Shown: positions 19,188-28,221 of the stretch, in pieces
Layout: each line of letters starts with the position of its first letter
Position numbering within the stretch: the first letter of the stretch is position 1
Assembly (NCBI GenBank): GCA_017609465.1
Contig: JAFCDX010000006.1
Location: 1-46,688, forward strand
DNA length: 46,688 nt
Direction: 5' to 3'
Source: Candidatus Woesearchaeota archaeon
GTDB taxonomy: Archaea; Nanobdellota; Nanobdellia; SCGC-AAA011-G17; JAFCDX01
The notes under the pieces: generated by a model
Database searches by the model: none
Told to the model about the DNA's origin: nothing
What the model saw: the letters and a program-made list of their open reading frames with translations, nothing else
Made by a program: the position numbers and the translations under genes

Positions 19188-19979
19188 ATGATAGTTTCAG
19201 ACATATTTTTGAAAAAATTGAGAAGTGCATTCAATTTGAATATTTATGAAGCCAAAATATGGACAGCTTTATTGTCAAGAGGAGTGGCTTCTGCAAGTGA
19301 ATTGGCAGACATAGGAAATGTTCCAAGATCAAGAGCATATGACATTCTTGAGAGCCTTGAAAAGAAAGGTTTTGTAATAGTTAAATTGGGAAAACCAATA
19401 AAATACATAGGAATTAAGCCTGAAGAAGTATTTGAAAGAGAAAAAAAGAAAATAATGGAAAAAGCAAAGAATCAAGCAGAATCCCTGGAAAACATAAAAC
19501 AGACAAACTTATTCAAGGACCTCCAATTGCTATTCAATCAAGGCGTTGAACATATTGATGCCACAAACATATCAGGCTCATTAAAAGGACGTAACAATAT
19601 TTATGAACAAATATCATCAATGGTGAATAATTCAAAAAAAACCATTAACATAGCAACATCAGAAGAAGGCCTTATAAGAAAACATAATAAATTAAAAGAG
19701 GAAATCAAAAAAGCACACAAAAAGGGAGTTCAAATAAGAATAATCGCACCTGTAACAAATAAAAATAAAGATACTGTAAAAGAATTAAGCAAATACGCAA
19801 AGATAAAAAACCAGGATTTAAATGCAAGATTTGTAACTACAGATAAAGCAGAAGCTATTTTCATGACAAATGATGATAAAAATGTTCATGAAAGCTATGA
19901 CAATGCAATATGGATATCCTCACCTTTCTTCGTTAATACTCTTAATAATATGTTCAATGGAATGTGGGTTAAGAAATAA
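19188..19979 (+). CDS. TrmB family transcriptional regulator
   Basis: LNIYEAKIW.ALL, VPRSRAYDIL.SLEKKGF, GKPIKY; C-terminal PLD-like effector domain. Confidence 0.9.
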   Translation: MIVSDIFLKKLRSAFNLNIYEAKIWTALLSRGVASASELADIGNVPRSRAYDILESLEKKGFVIVKLGKPIKYIGIKPEEVFEREKKKIMEKAKNQAESLENIKQTNLFKDLQLLFNQGVEHIDATNISGSLKGRNNIYEQISSMVNNSKKTINIATSEEGLIRKHNKLKEEIKKAHKKGVQIRIIAPVTNKNKDTVKELSKYAKIKNQDLNARFVTTDKAEAIFMTNDDKNVHESYDNAIWISSPFFVNTLNNMFNGMWVKK

Positions 19980-20014
19980 AAAACTTTAAATAAACAAAAA
20001 GGAATAAATAAAAA

Positions 20015-20656
20015 ATGAAAAAAACAATATTATTCGGGGGTTTAATAGCTGTTTTGTTCTTATTGGCAGCATGCGGAGATACAACAGGAAATAGTGTTAA
20101 AGATACAGATACGATTCCTAGAGATGATTCTCAAGTGTCTACATGTGGAGATGGAGAATGTACTGAAGATGAAATGTGTGATGTAGATACTCTTAAAGTT
20201 GGCTGTATTGATGATTGCGGACCTTGTCCAACATCATTATATGCAAAAGGATTTGACTGTGCAACATCAAATTGTGTAGAAACAAGCGATAACCATTTTG
20301 ATATAACAGGAGAAGCAAGTGTTGAATTGGAAGTTGTTAACTTAGGTGGTGTATTGGCAAACACATTGGAAATAGATCATGTAAAATGCTATTCTGGAAA
20401 CACAAGAGTATTGGCAAGTTACGGAAAAGCAAATTACAAGGGGTACATATTCTACAATGAAGGTTTTAATGGTGACAATGAAGTTAGATTAGCATCACAT
20501 GGAAGCAAGAGAGACAGAGCAACATACACACTTACATTCCAAGAAGATGACTCTACACCAAAAGAAACACCATTCGAACTTAGATGTGTTCCAGAAATAA
20601 AAACACATAGTCCAATGATTGGTAAAGAACAAACAATCTATTTGAGCTTTAAATAA
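20015..20656 (+). CDS. Cys-rich putative lipoprotein
   Basis: Lipobox LLAAC then GDTTGNSV (same as 4809 protein); CGDGEC...C..DCG.C module. Confidence 0.75.
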   Translation: MKKTILFGGLIAVLFLLAACGDTTGNSVKDTDTIPRDDSQVSTCGDGECTEDEMCDVDTLKVGCIDDCGPCPTSLYAKGFDCATSNCVETSDNHFDITGEASVELEVVNLGGVLANTLEIDHVKCYSGNTRVLASYGKANYKGYIFYNEGFNGDNEVRLASHGSKRDRATYTLTFQEDDSTPKETPFELRCVPEIKTHSPMIGKEQTIYLSFK

Positions 20657-20987
20657 GCTTTAACTTTTTTATTATTTTATCTATTTTTTCTTTTTTATCC
20701 GGACCTATTCCAAGACAAGTTATTGTTGGTTTCTTGAAATAAGTTTTTCCTGCGTCTTTTATCAATGCTGTTTTTAACCCAAGAGTTTTTGCTTTCATGT
20801 TATAATTTTTTAATTCATTAAGATCTTTCACTTTTAGAATAATTTTTGGCATTCCTTTATCAACCCATTCGGAAATCTTTCTCTTGTTTGATTTTAGAAC
20901 TGCTTCAACAGATGCATGCGCACATTGCACGGACAGCTTTCCCTTTGGAAGCCTTAGATCACCCCTAACAAGAATCGCCTGTTTCAT
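20649..20987 (-). CDS. pth2: Peptidyl-tRNA hydrolase Pth2
   Basis: KQAILVR.DL.L.KGK...QCAHAS, DAGKT, TCLGIGP. Confidence 0.95.
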   Translation of the reverse strand: MKQAILVRGDLRLPKGKLSVQCAHASVEAVLKSNKRKISEWVDKGMPKIILKVKDLNELKNYNMKAKTLGLKTALIKDAGKTYFKKPTITCLGIGPDKKEKIDKIIKKLKLI

Positions 20988-21042
20988 ATTATAACTATAA
21001 TTAATCTAATTATTAAATCTTTCTATTTAATAAAAAGAAAAA

Positions 21043-21432
21043 TTAAAAGAAAATCTCTTTTATAGCCCACACAAACAAAGCAATCCACAATAATAATATC
21101 AGCCAGTTTCTTTTTACTATCTTTTTATCCTTAAGCATCTTCTGTGCCAATGACAACACCTCTTTTGAATATGCTCCAAATGCCATTGCCATTAACAATG
21201 CTGTGAAAACCATTGCTGCAAGTATCTGCACAATTGTCAATGTTTGTATAAGATAATACAATACAAATAATGCCAATACAAAAGAAACTACTATCAAGGT
21301 CTTAGGTCTTTGATAAATTGGTTTTGCGACTTTTTCAAACCATATCTTTGGATCTACCAAAATAACAAGAACTTTCAATAGGCCTAAAGAGATAAAAACA
21401 AGGGCTATTATTTCTATAGCTGTTAATACCAT
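21043..21432 (-). CDS. Membrane protein (four TM)
   Basis: Hydrophobic helices; SD GGAGGTGA immediately upstream of ATG at 21432. Confidence 0.7.
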   Translation of the reverse strand: MVLTAIEIIALVFISLGLLKVLVILVDPKIWFEKVAKPIYQRPKTLIVVSFVLALFVLYYLIQTLTIVQILAAMVFTALLMAMAFGAYSKEVLSLAQKMLKDKKIVKRNWLILLLWIALFVWAIKEIFF

Positions 21433-21483
21433 TTTCACCTCCTTTTATTAATATTTTAAAGAATTACAGGCTTATAAATATTA

Positions 21484-22134
21484 TTATTTGTTCTGACAAA
21501 CAAAAAAGCAATGGTCTTTCTGGAAAGGGTCCAATACTTTCTTATCTATTATTTTCAGCTTATCTTTTAGAGACATTTCAACATCCTTGTAGATATCTCT
21601 TGGATTTCTTGTAACATCAATGGATCTTGCTTTTATGGCAAGTAAAACATGACCTTTTTTTTTCAGGAATTTAAGATTCTTCAATAAAATATTGACCTGT
21701 TCTTTGTGTGCTATGTCCTGATAAATCACATTCACATTAGTTATTCTCTTTTCATATTCTTCTGGGTGAGAGGCATTCGCAAGTATTGGTATCATGTTTT
21801 TTCTTTTTTCACATATTAAATATAAATCTCTTACAACCCTTGGGGCAAAATCAACGCAAAATATCATTCCCCTTTCTATTATGTCTGATATGAAGCTTGC
21901 AGTATAACCGTGAGCCGCACCCAGATATAATATATCCTGATTTCTCTTCAAGGGCAATAAAGAGATGTTTTTTATTATTGCTGCCGCTAATTTAGATCTT
22001 CTTGGGTCAAATTCCCTATATCCGTTTTTTATTTGCTCATTAAAATAAGAAATATTGTCAAGAGATTTTGTATACAAGTATCTTTTCTTGTTTTTCTGAA
22101 TCTCATATATTCCTTTGTATTTTGTCTCTTTCAT
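21484..22134 (-). CDS. flpA: Fibrillarin-like 2'-O-methyltransferase
   Basis: YREFDPRRSKLAAAI, LYLGAAHGYT.S, N..PILANA..PE.Y, IKARSID, L.PF.KDH. Confidence 0.93.
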   Translation of the reverse strand: MKETKYKGIYEIQKNKKRYLYTKSLDNISYFNEQIKNGYREFDPRRSKLAAAIIKNISLLPLKRNQDILYLGAAHGYTASFISDIIERGMIFCVDFAPRVVRDLYLICEKRKNMIPILANASHPEEYEKRITNVNVIYQDIAHKEQVNILLKNLKFLKKKGHVLLAIKARSIDVTRNPRDIYKDVEMSLKDKLKIIDKKVLDPFQKDHCFFVCQNK

Positions 22135-22156
22135 AAGAAATAATTAAATTGTTGAT

Positions 22157-22570
22157 TTAAAAGCCTTCTGATTTTTTAAAGAATTCCTTCATATAATCTT
22201 TTAAATTCTTCCTATCTTCATAAAAAATAACCCTTTCAGATATACCATTTATTCTTTCTGCTTCTTTTCTCTTTTCCTCAGATAATTCTTCAGATGAGAA
22301 AAGAAAGATATATTTTGTATGACCTATAGCCTTTAATTCTCCAACTATGTTTTCAAGACAATCCTCTTTTAATAAGACAATATCTGCAATTAGGAAATCA
22401 TAAAATATCTTCCCGTTATTTTCAGGATTGTAAGATTTTTTAGATTTAATATATTCCAAAGCCATATCATAATTTTCTGCATAATTTAAATTACAATTAC
22501 TTGAACCATTTAAAAATTGAAATTCTTCTGTTGATATGCTTAAACCTTCATATCTTTTATCTGTATTCAT
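22157..22570 (-). CDS. Hypothetical protein, degenerate receiver (CheY-like) domain
   Basis: YAENYDMALEYI...YDFLIADIVL...IFLFSS pattern; likely start MNTDKR at 22570. Confidence 0.5.
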   Translation of the reverse strand: MNTDKRYEGLSISTEEFQFLNGSSNCNLNYAENYDMALEYIKSKKSYNPENNGKIFYDFLIADIVLLKEDCLENIVGELKAIGHTKYIFLFSSEELSEEKRKEAERINGISERVIFYEDRKNLKDYMKEFFKKSEGF

Positions 22571-22601
22571 ACTCACTATATAATAACAAAAATATATAAA
22601 T

Positions 22602-23255
22602 TTATTTATTTTTGAAATAATCCTTCTTAACAGCAATAGATATTTTGGAAGCTAGTTGCCTTGCTGCTTTTCCCTTGTTCTCTGCTTTAGAGATTGACTC
22701 ATGATTGAATATAACACCGAATTTAGGAGCTTTTGCTTTTTTTATTAAATGCCTAAAGAGGGCTTTTTCAGCACCAAGAACCTGTATCTTTGAGGAAGGC
22801 ATTTCTGCCAGATTCTTTAATGATCCTCCAAGTTCGATTAATTTCGCCCCTATTATGTCTCCTGCGGTTTCAAGCAGATTAGGACATACTTCTTTCATCA
22901 TATTTTCCATATACCTTCTTTGGGATTCTTTCAGATTTTTCAATGAATTTATTTCATTCAATAATTCTGACATTGACTTCAAATCTCTTTTGCCTAATTT
23001 AACGCTTAGGGCTCCCTCATTAAACTTTTCAACTTCCTTCAAGAATAATTCTGAATCAGGTATCTTTGAATCTTTTATATTATAATAGCTATATCTTTCT
23101 CTTAAATTTGCTATTAATTTATTCATTGATGAATTTAATATATCTACAGTGTGGATTGTGTGAATTATTAAAGTATCCTTTCTAAATGAATTAATCAAAT
23201 CTTCCTTTGTCTCTTTCAGGTTTAATTCTCTAAGATTCATGATAATTTTTATCAT
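22602..23255 (-). CDS. nop5: Nop5/Nop56-58 C/D RNP scaffold (short form)
   Basis: CPNL...G..IGAKLI..GG.L..LA.MPSS.IQVLGAEKALFRHL, PKFGVIF, ARQLASK..IA...DYF. Confidence 0.92.
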   Translation of the reverse strand: MIKIIMNLRELNLKETKEDLINSFRKDTLIIHTIHTVDILNSSMNKLIANLRERYSYYNIKDSKIPDSELFLKEVEKFNEGALSVKLGKRDLKSMSELLNEINSLKNLKESQRRYMENMMKEVCPNLLETAGDIIGAKLIELGGSLKNLAEMPSSKIQVLGAEKALFRHLIKKAKAPKFGVIFNHESISKAENKGKAARQLASKISIAVKKDYFKNK

Positions 23256-23314
23256 ATAATGTTTTTAAATGTTTTGAGAGAAACCTTTTTAAATATCCTT
23301 AATTTAAATAATTC

Positions 23315-23788
23315 ATGGGCGAAACCGAATATGTGATAGATGGCCTTGAAGTAAAATATGAAGGTGTTTCTAATATAGAGGAATTTCATGAATTCGTGAG
23401 GAATATTTTGGAAAATCTAGGGTATAGCATTACTGAAAAATCCCACGAGGAAAGTACAAACAAGAAATTTGTTATTAAAGGCAAGGCAGAAAAACCTGTT
23501 GATGATTACACTAAGTTAAAAATTAAGATAGGAATAAATGCTTCTTATGAAAACGTTGAAGTTAAAAACAAAAGAATGCAGAAAGGGAATTTCAAGTTAA
23601 AATTAAAAGGTGTTATTGAAAGAGATTTTCAAGATAAGTGGTCATCACCAATTAAGAGATTTTTAAGAGGTATTTACGACAAGTTTATTTCTCTAGATGA
23701 AAAAGAAAACTATGAAGAAGAATTAAAAGAGGATATTTATACTGTAGCAGAAAAAGCAAAAAGGTTCTTTGGTATGCATAAATTGTAA
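23315..23788 (+). CDS. Hypothetical protein
   Basis: Clean 157-aa ORF with upstream TATA-like element; function not recognised. Confidence 0.7.
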   Translation: MGETEYVIDGLEVKYEGVSNIEEFHEFVRNILENLGYSITEKSHEESTNKKFVIKGKAEKPVDDYTKLKIKIGINASYENVEVKNKRMQKGNFKLKLKGVIERDFQDKWSSPIKRFLRGIYDKFISLDEKENYEEELKEDIYTVAEKAKRFFGMHKL

Positions 23789-23849
23789 TTATATATAAGT
23801 AGTAACAAATAGAAAGATTTAAATATAGATATTTCTTTTAAAGATTAAG

Positions 23850-24326
23850 ATGAAATCAGAAACTTTGCTTAAAATATTGTATTTTGTAACATCCCTTATT
23901 ATACTAGATGGTATAATTTTAATTGTTATGGGTTCAAACCTAGTTGTTATCTTAGGGATATTTTTTTCAATATTATTTACATTTTTAGTATCAATATTCA
24001 ACAGTGATCTTTTCACAAGAAAATCATTTTTATTCACGCAGAACACTTCAAGATCTGAATTTAATATGGAAGAATTTGAAAATATATTGCACAAAATAAA
24101 TCATGAAACAGAAAGATCATTAAAAGATGCTGAAGATGTGAAAAAACAGATTAATATATTAAGGAACAATGTTCAAGGAAAATTTGTTGGAAATATAAAA
24201 AGTCATAAATATCACACAAGAGAATGCAGGTTCAGCAAGAAAATGGATGATTCTCATAAAGTCTTGTTAAAAAACAAGCAAATAGCAAAGAGAAAAGGTT
24301 TTATGCCTGGAAGATGCATTAAATAA
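23850..24326 (+). CDS. Membrane protein with C-terminal Ada-like metal-binding motif
   Basis: Two N-terminal TMs, coiled segment, FVGN..SHKYH..EC...A...GF.P..C. Confidence 0.65.
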   Translation: MKSETLLKILYFVTSLIILDGIILIVMGSNLVVILGIFFSILFTFLVSIFNSDLFTRKSFLFTQNTSRSEFNMEEFENILHKINHETERSLKDAEDVKKQINILRNNVQGKFVGNIKSHKYHTRECRFSKKMDDSHKVLLKNKQIAKRKGFMPGRCIK

Positions 24327-24328
24327 AG

Positions 24329-24336
24329 TTTAAATA
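24329..24336 (+). promoter_or_regulatory. TATA box of tRNA-Trp
   Basis: AAAGTTTAAATA about 25 nt upstream of the tRNA. Confidence 0.55.
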
Positions 24337-24361
24337 CTATCTATTTCTAATGATTTTATGT

Positions 24362-24524
24362 GGGGGCATAGTTTAGTGGTAAAATACGAGGCTCCAGTAA
24401 TGGAGCGATGAGTCATAAAGACAATGATATAAACGAGGTAAGTCGCTCTGATGAAGTTACCTCGAGCTCAGGGAAGGTGTTAGAAAAAATCTGCATCTCT
24501 GCAATTCGATTCCCTGTGTCCCCA
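24362..24524 (+). tRNA. tRNA-Trp(CCA) with two introns (37/38: 24398-24458; 53/54: 24474-24504)
   Basis: Acceptor GGGGGCA/TGTCCCC+A; D stem GTTT/AAAT; anticodon stem CGAGG/CCTCG with CT-CCA-G|A; T stem CAGGG/CCCTG, loop TTCGATT; both inserts fold into relaxed BHB motifs. Confidence 0.88.
24398..24458 (+). ncRNA. Intron-encoded box C/D-like guide RNA
   Basis: TGGAGC (24401-24406) is antisense to the anticodon GCTCCA; ATGA at 24408 puts C34 at D+5; K-turn geometry ATGA-gtc(ataaa)gac-AAT-GA; CGAGGTAA is antisense to the 3' exon junction; TGATGA at 24449. Confidence 0.65.
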
Positions 24525-24578
24525 CTTTATAATAATTACAAATAATAAATTTTATAAATAAATTATTTTGTTCTTCTC

Positions 24579-24882
24579 ATGAAATTTCCAAGACCTTTAA
24601 AGACATATAGAAATTGGTATACAAAAAGGTAAATGAATATAAAAGCCATCTTCAAGAATTTTTTTATGAATTACAATCAAATGAAAACCTGTCTTTAAAG
24701 GAAAAAGAGGAATATATGGAAGAGGCAATAATAAATCCAATTTCAATATTATTTGGGGAGATTCTCATATTTCTTCTCTAGAAAAGAGAATAGAAGAAAA
24801 AGTCCAAAAGAAGACACCTAAATCCATAACATTAAGAGAATATTTGACACTATTGAACAATAGTAAAAAACGAAAGGTTTAA
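24579..24882 (+). pseudogene. Fragmented hypothetical ORF
   Basis: Protein-like pieces in different frames (MKFPRPLKTYR.., ..NEYKSHLQEFFYEL..EEYMEEAIINP.., ..SSLEKRIEEKVQK..). Confidence 0.3.
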
Positions 24883-24885
24883 ATA
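24871..24885 (+). promoter_or_regulatory. Archaeal BRE-TATA promoter
   Basis: CGAAAGGTTTAAATA upstream of ATG 24924. Confidence 0.65.
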
Positions 24886-24923
24886 CTAAATCATTACTAA
24901 ATAACTACTAAAAGGTAACTAAA

Positions 24924-26411
24924 ATGACATTAAAAAGCTTTTATGATAAATATAAAACAAGGGTTAAAACCGCAGCCGCTATAACTGCATTAGGTTTAGG
25001 ATTAGGATTCTCTGGAGCAAAATATTGTCCTACAGAAGTATATGCGACAGAAAAACCAAAAGAAAAAATAGAAAAAGCAAGACCTGGTTTAGTGAAGGAT
25101 TTCAACCCAAACATGTATGGAGGGGTATTGCATGACATACAAACAGACAATGATTATAGAAAAGTAAATTCTAATGTTCAATACCTTACAGATAAGAATA
25201 TTAAATTAATAGACAAAGACAAAAATGGAAAAGTTGATCATGTTTATCTTGGATTAAGAAAGGATTCTAATGCAACTGTATTGTTAAATACTCATGAGAA
25301 TCCAAACAGATTTTTTGAAGATGGAGAATATCATCTTGATGAAGGACCTTATAATGAAGCTATAAGATTATCTGCAAAAGAAGATGGAATATATAGTGTT
25401 CCTATACCAGAAAACACAAACCTTGGTAAAATATACTTGACAAATTTTGAGAAACAACCTTCAAAAGAAGATGGAAAATGGAATTTTGAATCAGTATATT
25501 TTGGAAAAGGACTCATTTTTTATCCAAATGGAAAACCGCAAATAGTGAAAGATGCTCAAAGAGATGGCAGAAAGGATATTACTAAATGTCCCTCTGCTAT
25601 CCCTCCCTTACCTCAAATAGAAAAAGAAGATGGAAAAGAAGATTCAAAAGAAAAATATCAAGTTCCAGATAAAAAAACACCTAAGAAAGAATTTGGTTGG
25701 GATGGTCTTGAAGAAAAAGTTGAAGAACAGGCTAAAAAAGAACATTATGGTGTAAAGTTGGATGACTTGGTTGATGTTTATGTTAAGTATCCAACAAGCA
25801 TTTATGGTTTAGACCATGAAAAGAATGATGTTGATTTTGAAAACAATGATTCACTTACTATAATACCATATACTAAAGTTAGATTTGTACCAAAAGAAGA
25901 TGATGTAAATATATATGTTGTAAAACATTCAAATGAAGGAGAAATTATTGCAAAAGGAAAAGAAAAGCCAAGAAAAAGCAAGTTTGACGGAAGAAAAATT
26001 GCAGTTGGTGGACCTTTCAATAAATTGGGTGAAGAAACCTTGATTGATAAATTAGAAAGTGATGATATAGTAAGATTTGGATATGATGGAATTAATGTAT
26101 TTGATTATTTCCCAAAATTGACAACTAAAAAAACAAAGAATGGATTCAATGTTCCTGAATTAACATGGGATTATGATGTTGACAAATCAGGAATTGTTTC
26201 AGATGTATATGATATTATAGTTGAGCATGAAGGGAAAAAATATAAGATAACATTTGATATAAGCAATGATCCAGAAGCTATATTCACAACAGGTGCAGTG
26301 GTAGGTAGTGCAGGAGCAAGTGCTTACTTTAACAGCCTTCCGGATAATGGACATGGATCAAAAGTAAATATTCCTGGAAAAAACGGAGGAGACCAAATAG
26401 CTCCAAACTAA
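24924..26411 (+). CDS. Secreted/membrane-anchored hypothetical protein
   Basis: N-terminal hydrophobic segment TAAAITALGLGLGFSGA; DKDKNG Ca-loop-like motif; beta-rich. Confidence 0.75.
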   Translation: MTLKSFYDKYKTRVKTAAAITALGLGLGFSGAKYCPTEVYATEKPKEKIEKARPGLVKDFNPNMYGGVLHDIQTDNDYRKVNSNVQYLTDKNIKLIDKDKNGKVDHVYLGLRKDSNATVLLNTHENPNRFFEDGEYHLDEGPYNEAIRLSAKEDGIYSVPIPENTNLGKIYLTNFEKQPSKEDGKWNFESVYFGKGLIFYPNGKPQIVKDAQRDGRKDITKCPSAIPPLPQIEKEDGKEDSKEKYQVPDKKTPKKEFGWDGLEEKVEEQAKKEHYGVKLDDLVDVYVKYPTSIYGLDHEKNDVDFENNDSLTIIPYTKVRFVPKEDDVNIYVVKHSNEGEIIAKGKEKPRKSKFDGRKIAVGGPFNKLGEETLIDKLESDDIVRFGYDGINVFDYFPKLTTKKTKNGFNVPELTWDYDVDKSGIVSDVYDIIVEHEGKKYKITFDISNDPEAIFTTGAVVGSAGASAYFNSLPDNGHGSKVNIPGKNGGDQIAPN

Positions 26412-26412
26412 A

Positions 26413-28140
26413 ATGAAATTTTTAAAACACTTTTTAATGTTGATTGTAGTTTTGGCTAGTGTGCTTGCTGTAACTTACACAGACACTGTAATATTCACAA
26501 ACAATAACAATGAAGAACTGGATGTTGGTTTATTCAATTGTGGTTCAGACACATCATGTGAAAACCCTGATTTGGTTGATGATTATTTCAAGACTATTCA
26601 GGCTGATGAATACACCTTTGAAAGAGAAACATCCGAATACTATGCGGAATTCTTCTTTAAGGAAGGATATGCTCCAAAGGCATATTTAGTTCCTGTTAAT
26701 TATCAGGGAACAGATTATGTTACTTTTAACAAGTTTGAAAACTGTGATGCAGATATATTAAATGCGGACATTAATGAAATAAGTGTTACAGAAGGGGAAA
26801 ACGTTGTTATAAATGTTGAAGTTGAAAGCGCATTTACAAGAGATGAAACAAACCCTATATTGTATGAGCCAAGCGAATATGAAGACTGGTATGATGCAGA
26901 CACAGAAGTAAGATTAATTGTATTGGATTCAGAAAACAATACTGTATATGAAGATGTTGAATTAAGAAACATTTACAGGGATGAAACCGAAAACGTTGAA
27001 TTTATATTAAACACTTCTGAATTGACAGGAGATTATAATATTGTTGTAGAAACAAATGTAATTGATGAAATATGTGAAACACAGGAAACACAGGAATCTA
27101 ATTTTGACTTGACAGTAAATCCATTGCCTCAGGATTTGGAAGCGCCTATAGCAAATTTCACTTATGAATTTGTTGATTATTCAAATGTATCATTTGATGC
27201 TTCAGAGTCATTTGATATTGATGGTGATATAGTTTCATATGAATGGGACTTTGGCGATGGGGAAACAGGCGTTGGAGAAACAATTAATCATGTATTTGGA
27301 GAAGGAACTTACAATGTTACTTTAACAGTTACAGACAATGATACTTTAACAGACAGTATGACAAGAGAAATTACAATAACAATTGAAGATGAAAATATTG
27401 TACCTTCTGTTGAAATAGTTGCAAACCCGGAAGAAGGAGAAGCACCATTGACAGTAAACTTTTCAGCAATAGTTGAAGGGGATTCACCCATAGAATATGA
27501 ATGGGATTTTGATGAAAATGGGATTGTTGATAGCAATGAAGAAGAACCATCATACGAGTTTGAAGAAAATGGAACTTACTTAGTTACATTAAAGATAACA
27601 GATGCTGATGGTGAAGAAGCAGAAGATACAATAGAAATATTGGTTGGAGAAAAACAGGAAGCTAATGAAGATAATGAGCATGAATTATTGGTTGACCAGA
27701 TATTGGTTCCAGAAGACATATACATTGGAGATGAATTTAGTGTTGATATTGAATTGAGAAACAATGGAGATTATACTGAAAAGGATCTTTTAGCAAGAGT
27801 ATATGTTGAAGAATTAGGATTATATGAAATAATAACAGGATTTGATTTGTCACCAAAAAGTTCCAAATGGAAGCAGGTAACCTTTGAGTTACCTTATGGT
27901 ATAGAAGAAGGAGATTATACTTTAAAGGTATTTTTCTTTAATGATGATGCATCTGATATTGCATACAAGACATTTGATGTTAACTTAAGAGAAGAAATTA
28001 TAGTGGAATCTGTTGAAAACACTACCGAAAAGGAACAAATAGATTGGTTAGGTATATTGGAAATTATATTCTTAGGACTATTGATACTTGCTTTTTTAAT
28101 CGGAATAGCTGTATTGATTTACAATTTATTTAACAAGTAA
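26413..28140 (+). CDS. PKD-domain cell-surface protein with CARDB-like domains
   Basis: Signal peptide; two PKD repeats (FDASES.D.DG.IVSYEWDFGDG; APLTVNFSA...YEWDFD.NG); C-terminal TM. Confidence 0.88.
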   Translation: MKFLKHFLMLIVVLASVLAVTYTDTVIFTNNNNEELDVGLFNCGSDTSCENPDLVDDYFKTIQADEYTFERETSEYYAEFFFKEGYAPKAYLVPVNYQGTDYVTFNKFENCDADILNADINEISVTEGENVVINVEVESAFTRDETNPILYEPSEYEDWYDADTEVRLIVLDSENNTVYEDVELRNIYRDETENVEFILNTSELTGDYNIVVETNVIDEICETQETQESNFDLTVNPLPQDLEAPIANFTYEFVDYSNVSFDASESFDIDGDIVSYEWDFGDGETGVGETINHVFGEGTYNVTLTVTDNDTLTDSMTREITITIEDENIVPSVEIVANPEEGEAPLTVNFSAIVEGDSPIEYEWDFDENGIVDSNEEEPSYEFEENGTYLVTLKITDADGEEAEDTIEILVGEKQEANEDNEHELLVDQILVPEDIYIGDEFSVDIELRNNGDYTEKDLLARVYVEELGLYEIITGFDLSPKSSKWKQVTFELPYGIEEGDYTLKVFFFNDDASDIAYKTFDVNLREEIIVESVENTTEKEQIDWLGILEIIFLGLLILAFLIGIAVLIYNLFNK

Positions 28141-28151
28141 TAATTTTACTA

Positions 28152-28167
28152 CCGTAAGGTTTAAATA
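28152..28167 (+). promoter_or_regulatory. Archaeal BRE-TATA promoter
   Basis: CCGTAAGGTTTAAATA upstream of 28222. Confidence 0.6.
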
Positions 28168-28221
28168 TTAGTTTATAACTTAAATATAATAACAAAGAGG
28201 TAGACTAGGGGGTTTTAAAAG

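Noticed and set aside
3205-25720. Short (G/S/N/D)LExx(V/I) motif in several orphan proteins (DLEKLI, NLETLV, SLEKRI, GLEEKV)
   Set aside because: Too short and compositionally likely to separate from chance without a proteome-wide test
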